DNA of 64,000 nt from a virus, in IMG/VR virus record IMGVR_UViG_3300043466_001817, positions 1 through 64,000 of that record. The stretch is one strand, 5' to 3'. Every line of letters begins with the position of its first letter. The stretch's first letter is position 1. A program made the translations under genes and the position numbers. Below, one piece after another: positions 20,968-31,221 of this stretch. The notes below the pieces were generated by a model, which ran no database searches, was not told the DNA's origin, and worked only from the letters and a program-made list of their open reading frames with translations.

Positions 20968-21664
20968 GTATCCTGTTTTGGATCACGGTCATGTTGATTT
21001 GATTGATTACATGGGATCGGATCTCAGTGTTGTCAATGCTGCAAGAGTTTCATTTAACAAAGAAAGTTCTTGGGACAGTGATCATCATTGGACCGGAGCG
21101 CAAAAGAAGATTCTATCCGAGAAGGATCAGAAACTAATTTCTTATCTTGCAAAACACAATCACTTCACTCCATTCTGCCACCCACAGGTGAGTCTTCGTA
21201 TCAAGTGCCCGATTTTTGTTCGCGCACAACTTGGTAAGCATCAGGTTGGTCTCGTAATGAATGAAGTCAGCAGACGCTATGTTACATACGAGCCAGAGAT
21301 CTATGTTCCTTTCTGGCGCTCGGCTCCTACCAATGGAGCAAAGCAAGGTAGTAGCGGTCCTATTGAAGATATGGACAAGTGTATTTCTTTGCGCCAAGAA
21401 TACACAACCGTTTCAAATGAATGTTTGAAACTTTACAATGATCTAATAGGAGAAGGCGTCGCACCGGAACAAGCAAGATCAATTTTGCCGCAGGGCACAT
21501 ACACGGAGTTTGTATGGACGGGTTCTTTGTATGCCTTTGCACGTGTTTATAATCTTCGAATTGACGCACACGCTCAATGGGAAGTTCAGGAATATGCTAA
21601 GGCAATTGACAAAATTTTGGCACCAATTTTTCCAGTCTCGTGGAAGACTTTGACATCTAAATAA
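20933..21664 (+). CDS. thyX: Flavin-dependent thymidylate synthase
   Basis: VVNAARVSF, H.TPF, NEVSRRY, PEQARSILP and LRIDAHAQWEV motifs. Confidence 0.95.
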   Translation: MTQTTTSTAQIKYPVLDHGHVDLIDYMGSDLSVVNAARVSFNKESSWDSDHHWTGAQKKILSEKDQKLISYLAKHNHFTPFCHPQVSLRIKCPIFVRAQLGKHQVGLVMNEVSRRYVTYEPEIYVPFWRSAPTNGAKQGSSGPIEDMDKCISLRQEYTTVSNECLKLYNDLIGEGVAPEQARSILPQGTYTEFVWTGSLYAFARVYNLRIDAHAQWEVQEYAKAIDKILAPIFPVSWKTLTSK

Positions 21665-21688
21665 GGAACCCAATTAGGAGTTAACAAT

Positions 21689-23578
21689 ATGGCAGAAAAT
21701 TTATCACCATTTCAATCGTTTATTTTCATCTCGCGCTATTCTCGCTGGCTACCAGAGAAGAATCGTCGTGAGACATGGGATGAGTGTGTAGATCGTTGGT
21801 GGAATTATTTCACTGGCAAGGTTCCTCAATTGCTTGAGCGCCCAGACGTGAAGGAAGCAATTTTAAATCTAGAAGTTCTTCCTTCTATGCGTAGTCTTAT
21901 GACTGCTGGTCCTGCTCTAGACCATGATAACACTTGCTTGTACAATTGTTCTTATCTACCGATTGATTCTATCCAATCATTTGCAGAGTTGTTTGTTGTA
22001 TTGATGAACGGAACCGGCGTTGGCTATTCTGTTGAACATCAATACACTGATAAACTTCCAACAGTTGCAAACAAGATTGAAAAAGAATTCAACATCACTT
22101 ATGTTGTTGAAGATTCAAAGGAAGGGTGGGGCAACGCAATCAAGTTCATTATCGAACACTTGTATGCAGGTCGTCATGTAAAGTGGGATCTAAGCAAGAT
22201 TCGTCCTGCTGGTGCAAGACTCAAGACCTTTGGTGGTCGTGCAAGTGGTCCTGCTCCTCTTGACAACCTATTCAAGTTTGCTGTCAAGTTGTTCTACAAT
22301 GCACAAGGCCGTAGACTAACTGCCCTTGAATGCCATGATCTCTGCTGTGCCATTGCTAACGCAGTAATCGTCGGTGGTGTTCGTCGTTCTGCTATGATCT
22401 CGTTGAGCGATCTATCTGATCGTGAGATGGCTCTATGCAAGAGCGGTGCATGGTGGGAGCAGGCTGGCTTCCGTTCATACGCCAACAACTCTGCTGTCTA
22501 TCGTGGCCGTCCTCCAATGGGCCAGTTCCTAGAGGAATGGACTTCGCTATACAACAGCCACAGCGGTGAGCGTGGAATGATCAATCGTAATGCTTTGCAA
22601 GCACAGGCTGCTATGTGGGGTCGTGATGCAAACTGTGAGTATGGCACAAATCCATGCTCAGAGATTATTCTGAAACCATTTGAGTTCTGCAATCTTTCAA
22701 CTGTTGTTGTTCGCCCCGATGACACTCAGGCAACATTGAAGAGAAAGATTGAGATTGCAACAATCATTGGAACAGTTCAATCGACATTTACAAACTTCCC
22801 ATACCTTCGTGAAGATTGGAAGAAGAACTGTGAAGATGAAAGATTGCTAGGTGTTAGCATGACAGGAATTTTTGATAATAAACTCACCAGCGGGCTTGAA
22901 GGTAAGCCAAAACTCGTGAGATTGCTTGAGACACTTCGTGACCATGCTACGGCCACGAATCTCAAGTGGGCAGATAAGTTGGGGATTGGCCCCAGCAAAT
23001 CGATTACATGCGTGAAGCCCGAAGGCACTACATCGTGTTTGGTGGACTCTGCCTCCGGTCTCCATCCTCGCTATGCGGAATATTATTTCCGTAGAATTCG
23101 TTTGGACAAGAAAGATCCTCTATATGAACTCATGAAGGATCAAGGCGTCCCGTGTGAAGATGATGTAATCAACCCAACTTCTACTGCCGTCTTTACATTT
23201 GCGATGAAGGCTCCAAAGGGAACTATGACCACAGAAGAACTTCGCGCACTAGACCATCTTGATTTGTGGAAGACTTATCAAGAACATTACTGCCACCACA
23301 AGCCATCGATTACCGTTAACTATAGGGATTCTGAATTCCTTGAAGTAGGTAACTGGCTATGGGAAAACTTTGATATCGCAACCGGTATCTCTTTCCTTCC
23401 CGGTGGGGACAGCCACACTTATGCTCAGGCCCCCTTCGAGCAGATTGATTCAGCAACCTATGCGGCACACCCCAAGGTTAAAGTTAACTTTGGTAATCTG
23501 TCAAAATACGAGGCTGAAGACAAGACTGAATCAGCAAGAGAGTATGCCTGCAGCGCTGGCGGTTGCCAGATAGTGTGA
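21689..23578 (+). CDS. nrdJ: Class II (B12-dependent) ribonucleotide reductase
   Basis: YNCS, TNPCSEI, CNL and VKPEGT motifs; C-terminal CSAGGC; no beta subunit nearby. Confidence 0.92.
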   Translation: MAENLSPFQSFIFISRYSRWLPEKNRRETWDECVDRWWNYFTGKVPQLLERPDVKEAILNLEVLPSMRSLMTAGPALDHDNTCLYNCSYLPIDSIQSFAELFVVLMNGTGVGYSVEHQYTDKLPTVANKIEKEFNITYVVEDSKEGWGNAIKFIIEHLYAGRHVKWDLSKIRPAGARLKTFGGRASGPAPLDNLFKFAVKLFYNAQGRRLTALECHDLCCAIANAVIVGGVRRSAMISLSDLSDREMALCKSGAWWEQAGFRSYANNSAVYRGRPPMGQFLEEWTSLYNSHSGERGMINRNALQAQAAMWGRDANCEYGTNPCSEIILKPFEFCNLSTVVVRPDDTQATLKRKIEIATIIGTVQSTFTNFPYLREDWKKNCEDERLLGVSMTGIFDNKLTSGLEGKPKLVRLLETLRDHATATNLKWADKLGIGPSKSITCVKPEGTTSCLVDSASGLHPRYAEYYFRRIRLDKKDPLYELMKDQGVPCEDDVINPTSTAVFTFAMKAPKGTMTTEELRALDHLDLWKTYQEHYCHHKPSITVNYRDSEFLEVGNWLWENFDIATGISFLPGGDSHTYAQAPFEQIDSATYAAHPKVKVNFGNLSKYEAEDKTESAREYACSAGGCQIV

Positions 23579-23604
23579 ATCAGATAAAAAACTCCTAGGG
23601 ATTT

Positions 23605-23637
23605 CCCTCCGCGAAGTTCGGAGGGTTTTTTATTTTA
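23605..23637 (+). terminator. Rho-independent terminator after nrdJ
   Basis: ccctccg-cgaagtt-cggaggg hairpin followed by tttttatttt. Confidence 0.85.
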
Positions 23638-23658
23638 TGGATAAATATCATAGAGGCT

Positions 23659-24207
23659 ATGTTTACTATGATGATCGGTATTGACTACTCTATATCCTGC
23701 CCGTGTTTATGCCTTTACGATGAACGGAAAGAATTTAAATTTGACAACTGCTATTTTTATTATCTAACCAATACTAAAAAATATGCAGATAAAATTGCTC
23801 CAAATATTACTGGAGAATCTTTTCAGGAATATGTGGCCGATGTAGATCGGTTTGATACAATTTCTGATTGGGCATCAAATTTATGTGTTGGGGCTGCTGA
23901 CATAGCCATCGAAGGATATGCATTCAATGCCACAGGAAGAATTTTTAATCTTGCTGAGAACATGGGAATCCTCAAACATAAACTCTATAAGCTCGCCCTC
24001 CCCGTAACCATCGTAGAGCCATCCAAGGTAAAGAAACTCGCCACAGGCAAGGGAAACGCCGATAAACAGGCAATGTACGAAGCCTTCTCAAAAGAGACGA
24101 AGACCGATCTTTTATCGGTCTTCAATCAAAAAACTTTGAGTAATCCTGTAACTGACGTGATAGACAGTTATTATATTTTGAAGGCTTTGTTAGCCACCAA
24201 AAATTAA
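23659..24207 (+). CDS. RuvC-like Holliday junction resolvase
   Basis: IGIDYS, IAIEGYAF, PSKVKKLATGKGNADK and DVIDSY motifs. Confidence 0.85.
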   Translation: MFTMMIGIDYSISCPCLCLYDERKEFKFDNCYFYYLTNTKKYADKIAPNITGESFQEYVADVDRFDTISDWASNLCVGAADIAIEGYAFNATGRIFNLAENMGILKHKLYKLALPVTIVEPSKVKKLATGKGNADKQAMYEAFSKETKTDLLSVFNQKTLSNPVTDVIDSYYILKALLATKN

Positions 24208-24509
24208 CGAACTATTCTTCCAGCATTCATATTAGCGCTGGCATCAAGTTTTGCATGAAATCTTTTTGGAACTTGACCACTGGATTTCATTTTATCAATT
24301 ACTTCCTTGAACTGGCTTCCAACAACTTTTTGTGGATTCAAAGTAGCATCCATGGCCAAAGATTGTCTTTCACCACCCCAGTCACGAATAATCTTTTTCT
24401 TCTTGCACTTTGGGCAGGGTTTCTTTGTTGGAATATCACGATCATTCACTGGTAAAGTTTCATCGAATGAATGGTCACATTTTTCACATCTAAAAGCATA
24501 ACTAGGCAT
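24204..24509 (-). CDS. FmdB-family zinc-ribbon protein
   Basis: MPSYAFRCEKCDHSF...CPKC pattern. Confidence 0.85.
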   Translation of the reverse strand: MPSYAFRCEKCDHSFDETLPVNDRDIPTKKPCPKCKKKKIIRDWGGERQSLAMDATLNPQKVVGSQFKEVIDKMKSSGQVPKRFHAKLDASANMNAGRIVR

Positions 24510-24999
24510 TTTTTGTCCTTTTAAAAGCAATCATCATGGACTCTATAAAGAAACCATACTTTGGTTCCTTTGGCTTATTCCTAAGTTCCATCTTGGCTTC
24601 TTTAGGAGTCCTGTTACCTTTATATAGGTTACAATCCTTACAGCAAGTTGCCAGATTGGTCCATGTAGAGCCACCGCCCTTGCTACGAGGAATAACATGG
24701 TCTACTGTAGCGGTCTTGTCACATAGATCCATACCGCAGTATTGACAGCAATAAGAATCTCTGTGAAAGATATTCTTTCTTGATGGTGCAATCTTCTTTT
24801 GGGGAAGTTTGATGTAATACTTAAGAACTAAAATTTTGGGAATCTTAATAGTCTCTTTGACCAACTTCACCTCATGAAATTCATCGGAATCAAAATCAGC
24901 ATAAACCTTATTTTTAGCAATAAGTTTATACGCTTTTTTGACAGTGATAATATTAATAGGGGATTGGTCGAAGTTAAGCAGGAGGACCTGTTTCGACAT
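24502..24999 (-). CDS. HNH endonuclease (McrA-like)
   Basis: RDSYCCQYCG...TVDHVIPRSKGG.STWTNLATCCKDCN motif. Confidence 0.92.
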   Translation of the reverse strand: MSKQVLLLNFDQSPINIITVKKAYKLIAKNKVYADFDSDEFHEVKLVKETIKIPKILVLKYYIKLPQKKIAPSRKNIFHRDSYCCQYCGMDLCDKTATVDHVIPRSKGGGSTWTNLATCCKDCNLYKGNRTPKEAKMELRNKPKEPKYGFFIESMMIAFKRTKNA

Positions 25000-25039
25000 A
25001 TTCTTTAAGTATTTAGAGAAATCTAAATAATTCATAGCC

Positions 25040-26518
25040 ATGGATAATAAAGAAAATAGACAATTTTATTGGGAAGTCAAACAATTTGTCAACGGTAATC
25101 ATACCCCAAAAGCATCAGAAGTCAAGAAACCTTCTGTAAAAGATGCTATTTCTGGAGTATTGAGTGAAAACGATGTATACAAACAAAATAACTTTGTTAA
25201 GAACACGAGAACAAACGATGTAGTTCGTTCTTATTTAAATGTTTTGGGAACACAAGAGAAAAAGAATACTCCCGAAACAATCATGTTCACAAAAAATTCT
25301 ACTTTAAATCCATTCAATATCTTAAATGAGGCTGAAGCAAGAACTCTCCCTCCTCAAGTTATGGAGAGACCAAAATCAAGAGAAGACCTTGAAAGAGAAG
25401 CAGCAAAAGATCAACAGAGGGAAAGAAGAAGACAAGACGATCTTCAAAGATTAAAAGATGAATTAGATTCTTCTGGAGTGGTTGGTTATGATTCTAAAGA
25501 TTATGATAATCCTGATTTAACTGCAGATGAACTTTTGACAAAAATAGGATCTTCTGCAAGAAAAGAATTATACACAAAAAGATCTGAAAGAGAAAAAGAA
25601 AAAACCATAAAAAATCTTACAACCAGACTTCAAAAATTTGAAGGTAAAGATTTGAATAAACTATCTCAAGAAGAACTTCGAGATTTGGCTGGCATTCAAT
25701 TTAGCATAAAAAATTCTGGTTTTAATGTAGAAGATGATCCAGATACTGCCGAAGATGAAAGTTATTCGCTGGAAAAACAGATAAGACAAAGAACTCAACA
25801 AAGATTTGCAAAAGAACAAGCCAAAAAAATGGGTCCCAATTTTGGCCCAGAAGAAATTTCTACAAAAAGAACAGAAGGATTAATGAAAGGTGTTTTGGAT
25901 ACTGATAGAGATTTTATGAAAGAATTCCAACAACAATCTCAAGCAAGAATTAAAGCAGAACAAGAAGAAAAAGCCAGAAACACAGCAATCAGTCCTGGAT
26001 ATGGTTCAGTGACTCCAGCATCCTTTGAGGCTGCATATGGTGTTGCTTATGATCCAAGAAATCCAAAACATGGCACAATGATTCAAGCACTCCATGGTGA
26101 AAACACTGGAAAATACATTCAAGGTGCTGGAACTGTATCTGGTTGGAAGGATGTAATGGGTCAACAAAGATACAGTGATTTGACCAAGGAAAGAGAACAA
26201 AAAGTTAGAGGAGCACAAGAAAAAATTGATGCTATTAAGTTTGATATAGACAAACATAAAGCGATGACTCCAGCCGAAAGAACCGCCGAAAATGCTGCAG
26301 AGAGAGCAGAATTGCTTAAATCAAAACCAGAAGCCTTTATGAAAGAATTAGATGTTCAAGATATTTACCAAAATAAAGGTGGTTTGAATACTCCTGTTGA
26401 AGTTCCATCTTGGGAAGCAAGAAAAGGAATGTCACAAAGAGCCGTAGCATCAAGAGCAGCAACAATGTTCGGAAGTGGCCGCGCTGCATTAGGTTCAACC
26501 AACAGAATGAATGCATAA
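25040..26518 (+). CDS. Hypothetical charged late protein
   Basis: 492-aa ORF with CTAAATA at about 25023. Confidence 0.7.
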   Translation: MDNKENRQFYWEVKQFVNGNHTPKASEVKKPSVKDAISGVLSENDVYKQNNFVKNTRTNDVVRSYLNVLGTQEKKNTPETIMFTKNSTLNPFNILNEAEARTLPPQVMERPKSREDLEREAAKDQQRERRRQDDLQRLKDELDSSGVVGYDSKDYDNPDLTADELLTKIGSSARKELYTKRSEREKEKTIKNLTTRLQKFEGKDLNKLSQEELRDLAGIQFSIKNSGFNVEDDPDTAEDESYSLEKQIRQRTQQRFAKEQAKKMGPNFGPEEISTKRTEGLMKGVLDTDRDFMKEFQQQSQARIKAEQEEKARNTAISPGYGSVTPASFEAAYGVAYDPRNPKHGTMIQALHGENTGKYIQGAGTVSGWKDVMGQQRYSDLTKEREQKVRGAQEKIDAIKFDIDKHKAMTPAERTAENAAERAELLKSKPEAFMKELDVQDIYQNKGGLNTPVEVPSWEARKGMSQRAVASRAATMFGSGRAALGSTNRMNA

Positions 26519-26521
26519 ACT

Positions 26522-27250
26522 ATGAATTTTCAAGACCACAACATTTTTTCAAACAATCTTTACGATAATCTTTTCTACTTGAGAAAAAAGCAGTTGAAAG
26601 AAAATATCGGTGGTACTTTAACTGGATTAAGAACAAATCCACAGAGACCTGTTCAAGGTCCAACTACTAAAAATTCTATGCTTCCATCCGATCCATCTCC
26701 TGTAAGCGGTAATTTTGGATTGCAAGGCCAAGGAGGAGGTATTGTTGGTCCAAATGCATCTGGAAGCAATAAACCAGATTTAAGTAGAGGGTTTACAGAT
26801 CCAGATACAGGAAAACAAATTGGTGGGCAGCAATTTAAACCAATGGAATATGAATTTGGCGGTGGAATGGGATTACCTTCAAAAATAAAAGGCGATTCTT
26901 CATATTTTAATCAACTTTCATCCACCATTCAATCTGGAAGCAGTCAAAATCAAGGAATGAATTACACACCTGGATTTACCAACGCACCAACAAATCAACA
27001 ACAAGAACAAAGCACTGAACAAAAGAATGCAGAGATTGCTGAAAGAAATAGGAAGAGATCTGGAATGCAATCAAATCAAATGTTAAGCAAAGGAATGCAA
27101 TTGGCACAGCAGTCAGGAATCAATCCTATGGGACAAATAAATTCTTCCGGTGGACTAAGCCCAAATACCATTCCATTACAAAATAGAAATGTTGGTTATA
27201 CTAATCAAGCAAACATTTCGGGATTTAGAGCATCAAGAGGATTTGTATAA
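26522..27250 (+). CDS. Hypothetical low-complexity G/Q/N-rich protein
   Basis: 242-aa ORF. Confidence 0.65.
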   Translation: MNFQDHNIFSNNLYDNLFYLRKKQLKENIGGTLTGLRTNPQRPVQGPTTKNSMLPSDPSPVSGNFGLQGQGGGIVGPNASGSNKPDLSRGFTDPDTGKQIGGQQFKPMEYEFGGGMGLPSKIKGDSSYFNQLSSTIQSGSSQNQGMNYTPGFTNAPTNQQQEQSTEQKNAEIAERNRKRSGMQSNQMLSKGMQLAQQSGINPMGQINSSGGLSPNTIPLQNRNVGYTNQANISGFRASRGFV

Positions 27251-27549
27251 TGAACAAAGAATTTAAATTAAAAAATAAAATTGCAGATGAATTGTTGAGT
27301 GAAAGATACGGTTCGATTCATCAAAAAGATCTAAATGAAAATATTGTTACAGATGTAATAAGTTTTGTGGCAAGTCCATTGTACACTATCATAAGATCTA
27401 TTTTAGGGGGAGAAACAGAAGAAGCCCCTAAAATCAATAGACCAGACGAATCAATAGTAAATCCCGAACAATTGAAACTTCCTGCACCAAGAACAAGATA
27501 TACAACAACTCCAGGCTTTCAACTTTCCAGAGCCTCAACAATTGCATAA
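27250..27549 (+). CDS. Hypothetical protein
   Basis: 99-aa ORF translationally coupled to the upstream gene. Confidence 0.55.
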   Translation: MNKEFKLKNKIADELLSERYGSIHQKDLNENIVTDVISFVASPLYTIIRSILGGETEEAPKINRPDESIVNPEQLKLPAPRTRYTTTPGFQLSRASTIA

Positions 27550-27577
27550 CTTGTTATTTGTGATATAATTATATTAG

Positions 27578-28237
27578 GTGACCGTGAAAATATTTAATCA
27601 TAAATTTGTAGATTTAAACGTAGAACTAAAAGAAGTATATAAGAACGAGAAGCGTTTTTACTCCACCCCTGAAGGTGACTTCCCCAGTGTAACCACTGTT
27701 GTTGGTTTCGAGAAGCAGCAGTTCTTTGCTGAATGGAGAAAGAATAATCCAGAAGAAAGCAAGAGAGTTACTGTACGGGGAACCAAATTTCATTCTATTA
27801 TTGAATCGTATTTAAAAAATGAACCGATAGATTTTGAAAACATGATACCCAATTACAAGGTATTGTTTAATCAATTGAAACCGGAATTAGATAAGATCGA
27901 CAATATAGTTGCAATTGAAACCCCACTATGGTCCAAAACACTCGGACTGGCTGGAAGAACAGACTGTATCGCTGAATATGATGGAAAATTGTCCATCATA
28001 GACTTCAAGGCCAGTAGCAAAGAAAAGCGTACCAAAGACATTGATAATTACTTTATGCAGGCTACTGCATATGCCTTGATGTTTCAAGAAAGAACTGGGC
28101 AGATAATAGATAACTTTGCAATATTGATTTCATGCGAAGATGGATTCAAGCAGGTATTTGAAGGTAAGCCCATAAAGTACGTAAAATCTTTGAAGCAAAT
28201 AATAAACAGATACAGAGATCAAAATGGAATACATTGA
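27578..28237 (+). CDS. PD-(D/E)XK exonuclease (T4-like phage type)
   Basis: PSVTTV, RGTKFHS, AGRTDCI, IIDFK and YFMQATAY motifs. Confidence 0.9.
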   Translation: MTVKIFNHKFVDLNVELKEVYKNEKRFYSTPEGDFPSVTTVVGFEKQQFFAEWRKNNPEESKRVTVRGTKFHSIIESYLKNEPIDFENMIPNYKVLFNQLKPELDKIDNIVAIETPLWSKTLGLAGRTDCIAEYDGKLSIIDFKASSKEKRTKDIDNYFMQATAYALMFQERTGQIIDNFAILISCEDGFKQVFEGKPIKYVKSLKQIINRYRDQNGIH

Positions 28238-28823
28238 ATTAAGAACAATAGAGCAGGCCGTGAACACCAGAGGTACAAAACTCTGGACAAAGATGAATGA
28301 CAATTCAAAATCTGAAAGTAACCGCCATAGATTTGTACAAGAACATGGCGGTTTCTTTGTTAGAGAGGGAAGATACTGGAAATGGAATACACCAGTAACT
28401 GAACGAAATGGCTATTGGCTAAAGCGTGTAGACACTGGGGAAAAGACGTTTTTCTCTAATATGGCAGAATTTGCAGAACAGCAAGGAATGACTTCGGTTA
28501 AAGTTTGTGAACTTTTGAATGGTAAAAGAAAGACCTATAAAGGCTGGACCGCTGTAGAAGTTCGGGAAGTAAAAGATGATGTTGGTCCAAGAATCAAGGA
28601 AAAAGAAGAAAAGCCAAAGAAAGTCGGTATAACCAAAGCAGTAACTTTTTATAACCGGGTTACAAAAGAGATAATTCCAGTATCAAATGTGAGTGAATTT
28701 GCCAAAGCCAATAACATAGATTCTAATGCCCTTTATAAAGTTTCAAGAGGAGCATTGAAAAGTTATAAAAATTTAGAACTTTATAACCCATTAAAAATTA
28801 TCTCGGATTCTCCTGAGACATAA
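28224..28823 (+). CDS. Putative DNA-binding protein with two NUMOD1-like HTH repeats
   Basis: EFAEQQG...LLNGKRKTYKGW and EFAKANNI...SRGALKSYKNL. Confidence 0.55.
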   Translation: MEYIELRTIEQAVNTRGTKLWTKMNDNSKSESNRHRFVQEHGGFFVREGRYWKWNTPVTERNGYWLKRVDTGEKTFFSNMAEFAEQQGMTSVKVCELLNGKRKTYKGWTAVEVREVKDDVGPRIKEKEEKPKKVGITKAVTFYNRVTKEIIPVSNVSEFAKANNIDSNALYKVSRGALKSYKNLELYNPLKIISDSPET

Positions 28824-28833
28824 ATAATTTAAG

Positions 28834-31221
28834 ATGAAATTTAAAGAACTACTAAATTTGCTAGAGGCTTCTAGAGAGACCAATGACGCCTTCAGAACTA
28901 CTGGAGAGGCCACATCCAAGGATAGGGCCAAGAGCAATGCTGGAGATGCAAAGGCCAAGGATGCTGCCAGAAAGCGCGCAGAGAGAGCCAGACAGACTCC
29001 CAAGGATAAACTACCAAAGACTGAATTGGTAAAGCAAGTTGTTGTAGTCAAGACTAAGGATAATAGAGTTCAATTAATTTTTAAAGACTCTTATAATCCT
29101 AATGTACACCAATTGTTGAGCAAAGACAAGGCCCTTTCAATGGAAGAGGCCAAAAATGCTACTGCCGATCCTGCATTCGAACAAACAAGAGCATCTAAAC
29201 TATTGTTTGGTAATGTAAAGGAAAAACCAAAAGGCGAAGTTCCACCAAAGAAAGCCGAGAAGGAAAAAGAAGAACCAAAAGAAAAAGGTGGAGAGTCAAA
29301 GGCAGAAGAAAAAGAAGAAAAGACAGAAGAAAGACCAAAGGCTAAAAAACTTTCCAAAAATGAAATGTTCCAAGCAATGGAACAAATGTCGCCAGAACAA
29401 TTGGCGATGTTGCCACCAGAAACAAGAGAAGAATACTTTAAGAAGTTGAGAAACCCACCTACAACAGGTGAGTTTGACAACATGACCTTTGAAGGGTTGA
29501 GCGTTCAATACGGTTTGAACCCAATTTCAAGTCTTCCATTCAATCAACAAGTATTGAATGCAATCGTATTCTTAGCAAAACTAAAAGCAGGCGCGGGCCA
29601 ACAAGAAATGGGAACTCTTGTCGCGTTGTCCCCGTCTGCAACGGACTTCACCAAGAAAGCATTCTTGCAAGCCAACAAGATTCTATCCCAAGTTGGCGAT
29701 GAGTGCATACAAAATCTACTGTCGCGTTCTGAAATAGGTGGAAAGAACATCTATGCAGAAGGCGCAGTAGACATGCAATGCGGTGATTACAAATTTAAAA
29801 TCGAAGCCGGTGGTGAGTTTAGCATCTCCACTGAAAGTTTCAACCAAGGAAATAAAATATTTAAAGGCATCCTTGCAACTTCTTTGAATGCTGCTTTGAA
29901 CAATCCACAAATAATTCAAAGTGACCCAGCAGTAAAAAGAATGATGCAAAATATGGATCCTGTTGTCAAGTCTTTTAATAAGGTGATGATTCCCGCTCAA
30001 AGCATGCAAGCGATAATGAGCAATCCAAAATATGTTGAACAACTACAAAACACTCCTGTGGTTGACGAAGAAGGAAACCAAGTTGGAACTGTTTTGGATG
30101 AACAAGGAAATTTAAATCCACAAGCATCTTATGAAAACTTCCAACAACAAATAATCAAGGCATCAAAGAGCCTTTTCAAGAAAGAATCAACGGGTGAGTC
30201 TTCCCCATTGTTAAATGCAATTTCAACTTCAATTTTGGGTGCATATCTAAGAGGAGATGGATTAAAGAAACCACAAGAGCAACCAACACACGTATTGACT
30301 GCAAACGGTGTATTTCCACTATCTCCAGATTATATTTCAGAAATTTCCAAAACAGCGATAATTAGTGTTAAAAAAAATGACAATCCAATAAACAGTGAAA
30401 ACTTGACATCTTACAATAAAAATGCTGGATCTATATTGGCAAAGTATAGAACTATAGTTGAAGCAAAAGAACAAAAAACTCCAAGTTTGAAAGAATTGGT
30501 AGTTGATAAAGATAAAATAAATCCATTACAAATGGTTGCATCTGATTTGGTCAATTCGTATAACTTCGATTTCAATGCAAGTTTGATTCCAGGATTTAGT
30601 CCAAAGGATCTAAATGCTGTTGAATACAACTATGTAAAAATTGATAACAAGCAAGTAAAGATTCCTGTAGTAAGAGCATCAAAAATAGCAAGCGATTTGG
30701 TCGCAGAAGATGCAATAATTTTAAATGATCTTATTATTGAAGCATTGACAAATAATTTTGTTCTTTCTTCACTTGTTCAAAATCGACTGATTGATTCTGT
30801 AGAGGCATCATTGTTACAAACACCAACTGTTCTTTTAGAACAAAATGGTTATGACCCAAATGATATATTGGCCACAATTTATCATAATAGTTTAGAAAGG
30901 TTGAACGAAGATCCAACTCTTCTTGTTTACAGTTTATATTCTATTCAAGAAGAAGCTGCCCGTGATTATAAGAAAGAATATAGAAATTATCACGGAAAAC
31001 CAAAACAACGCAAAGAGCGTGCTGCCAGAACTCGTGCAAGAGAACTAATGAAGAAAAAAGGCAGAGTTCGTAAAGGTGACGGCAAGGATATAGATCATAA
31101 AAAGCCTTTGAGATCCGGTGGTTCAAACGGTATAAATAATTTACGTGTCCGTGAAAAATCAGATAATAGATCTGACAATGGACACAAAAAAGGCGAGAAG
31201 CAGAACAAGGATTGGAAATGA
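28834..31221 (+). CDS. Large late protein with C-terminal HNH-like domain
   Basis: MKFKELLNLLE N-terminus; C-terminal RDYKKEY...DIDHKKPLRSGGSN..NNLRV...NRS. Confidence 0.75.
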   Translation: MKFKELLNLLEASRETNDAFRTTGEATSKDRAKSNAGDAKAKDAARKRAERARQTPKDKLPKTELVKQVVVVKTKDNRVQLIFKDSYNPNVHQLLSKDKALSMEEAKNATADPAFEQTRASKLLFGNVKEKPKGEVPPKKAEKEKEEPKEKGGESKAEEKEEKTEERPKAKKLSKNEMFQAMEQMSPEQLAMLPPETREEYFKKLRNPPTTGEFDNMTFEGLSVQYGLNPISSLPFNQQVLNAIVFLAKLKAGAGQQEMGTLVALSPSATDFTKKAFLQANKILSQVGDECIQNLLSRSEIGGKNIYAEGAVDMQCGDYKFKIEAGGEFSISTESFNQGNKIFKGILATSLNAALNNPQIIQSDPAVKRMMQNMDPVVKSFNKVMIPAQSMQAIMSNPKYVEQLQNTPVVDEEGNQVGTVLDEQGNLNPQASYENFQQQIIKASKSLFKKESTGESSPLLNAISTSILGAYLRGDGLKKPQEQPTHVLTANGVFPLSPDYISEISKTAIISVKKNDNPINSENLTSYNKNAGSILAKYRTIVEAKEQKTPSLKELVVDKDKINPLQMVASDLVNSYNFDFNASLIPGFSPKDLNAVEYNYVKIDNKQVKIPVVRASKIASDLVAEDAIILNDLIIEALTNNFVLSSLVQNRLIDSVEASLLQTPTVLLEQNGYDPNDILATIYHNSLERLNEDPTLLVYSLYSIQEEAARDYKKEYRNYHGKPKQRKERAARTRARELMKKKGRVRKGDGKDIDHKKPLRSGGSNGINNLRVREKSDNRSDNGHKKGEKQNKDWK

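Noticed and set aside
13871-23578. Introns, inteins or stop-codon recoding in core genes
   Set aside because: gp43, UvsX, gp41, gp61, ThyX and NrdJ are uninterrupted and of normal length in code 11; no suppressor tRNA seen.
27578-28237. Cas4 / CRISPR-associated nuclease
   Set aside because: PD-(D/E)XK motifs are present but the four-Cys Fe-S cluster is not, and there are no cas genes or array; it is an ordinary phage exonuclease.
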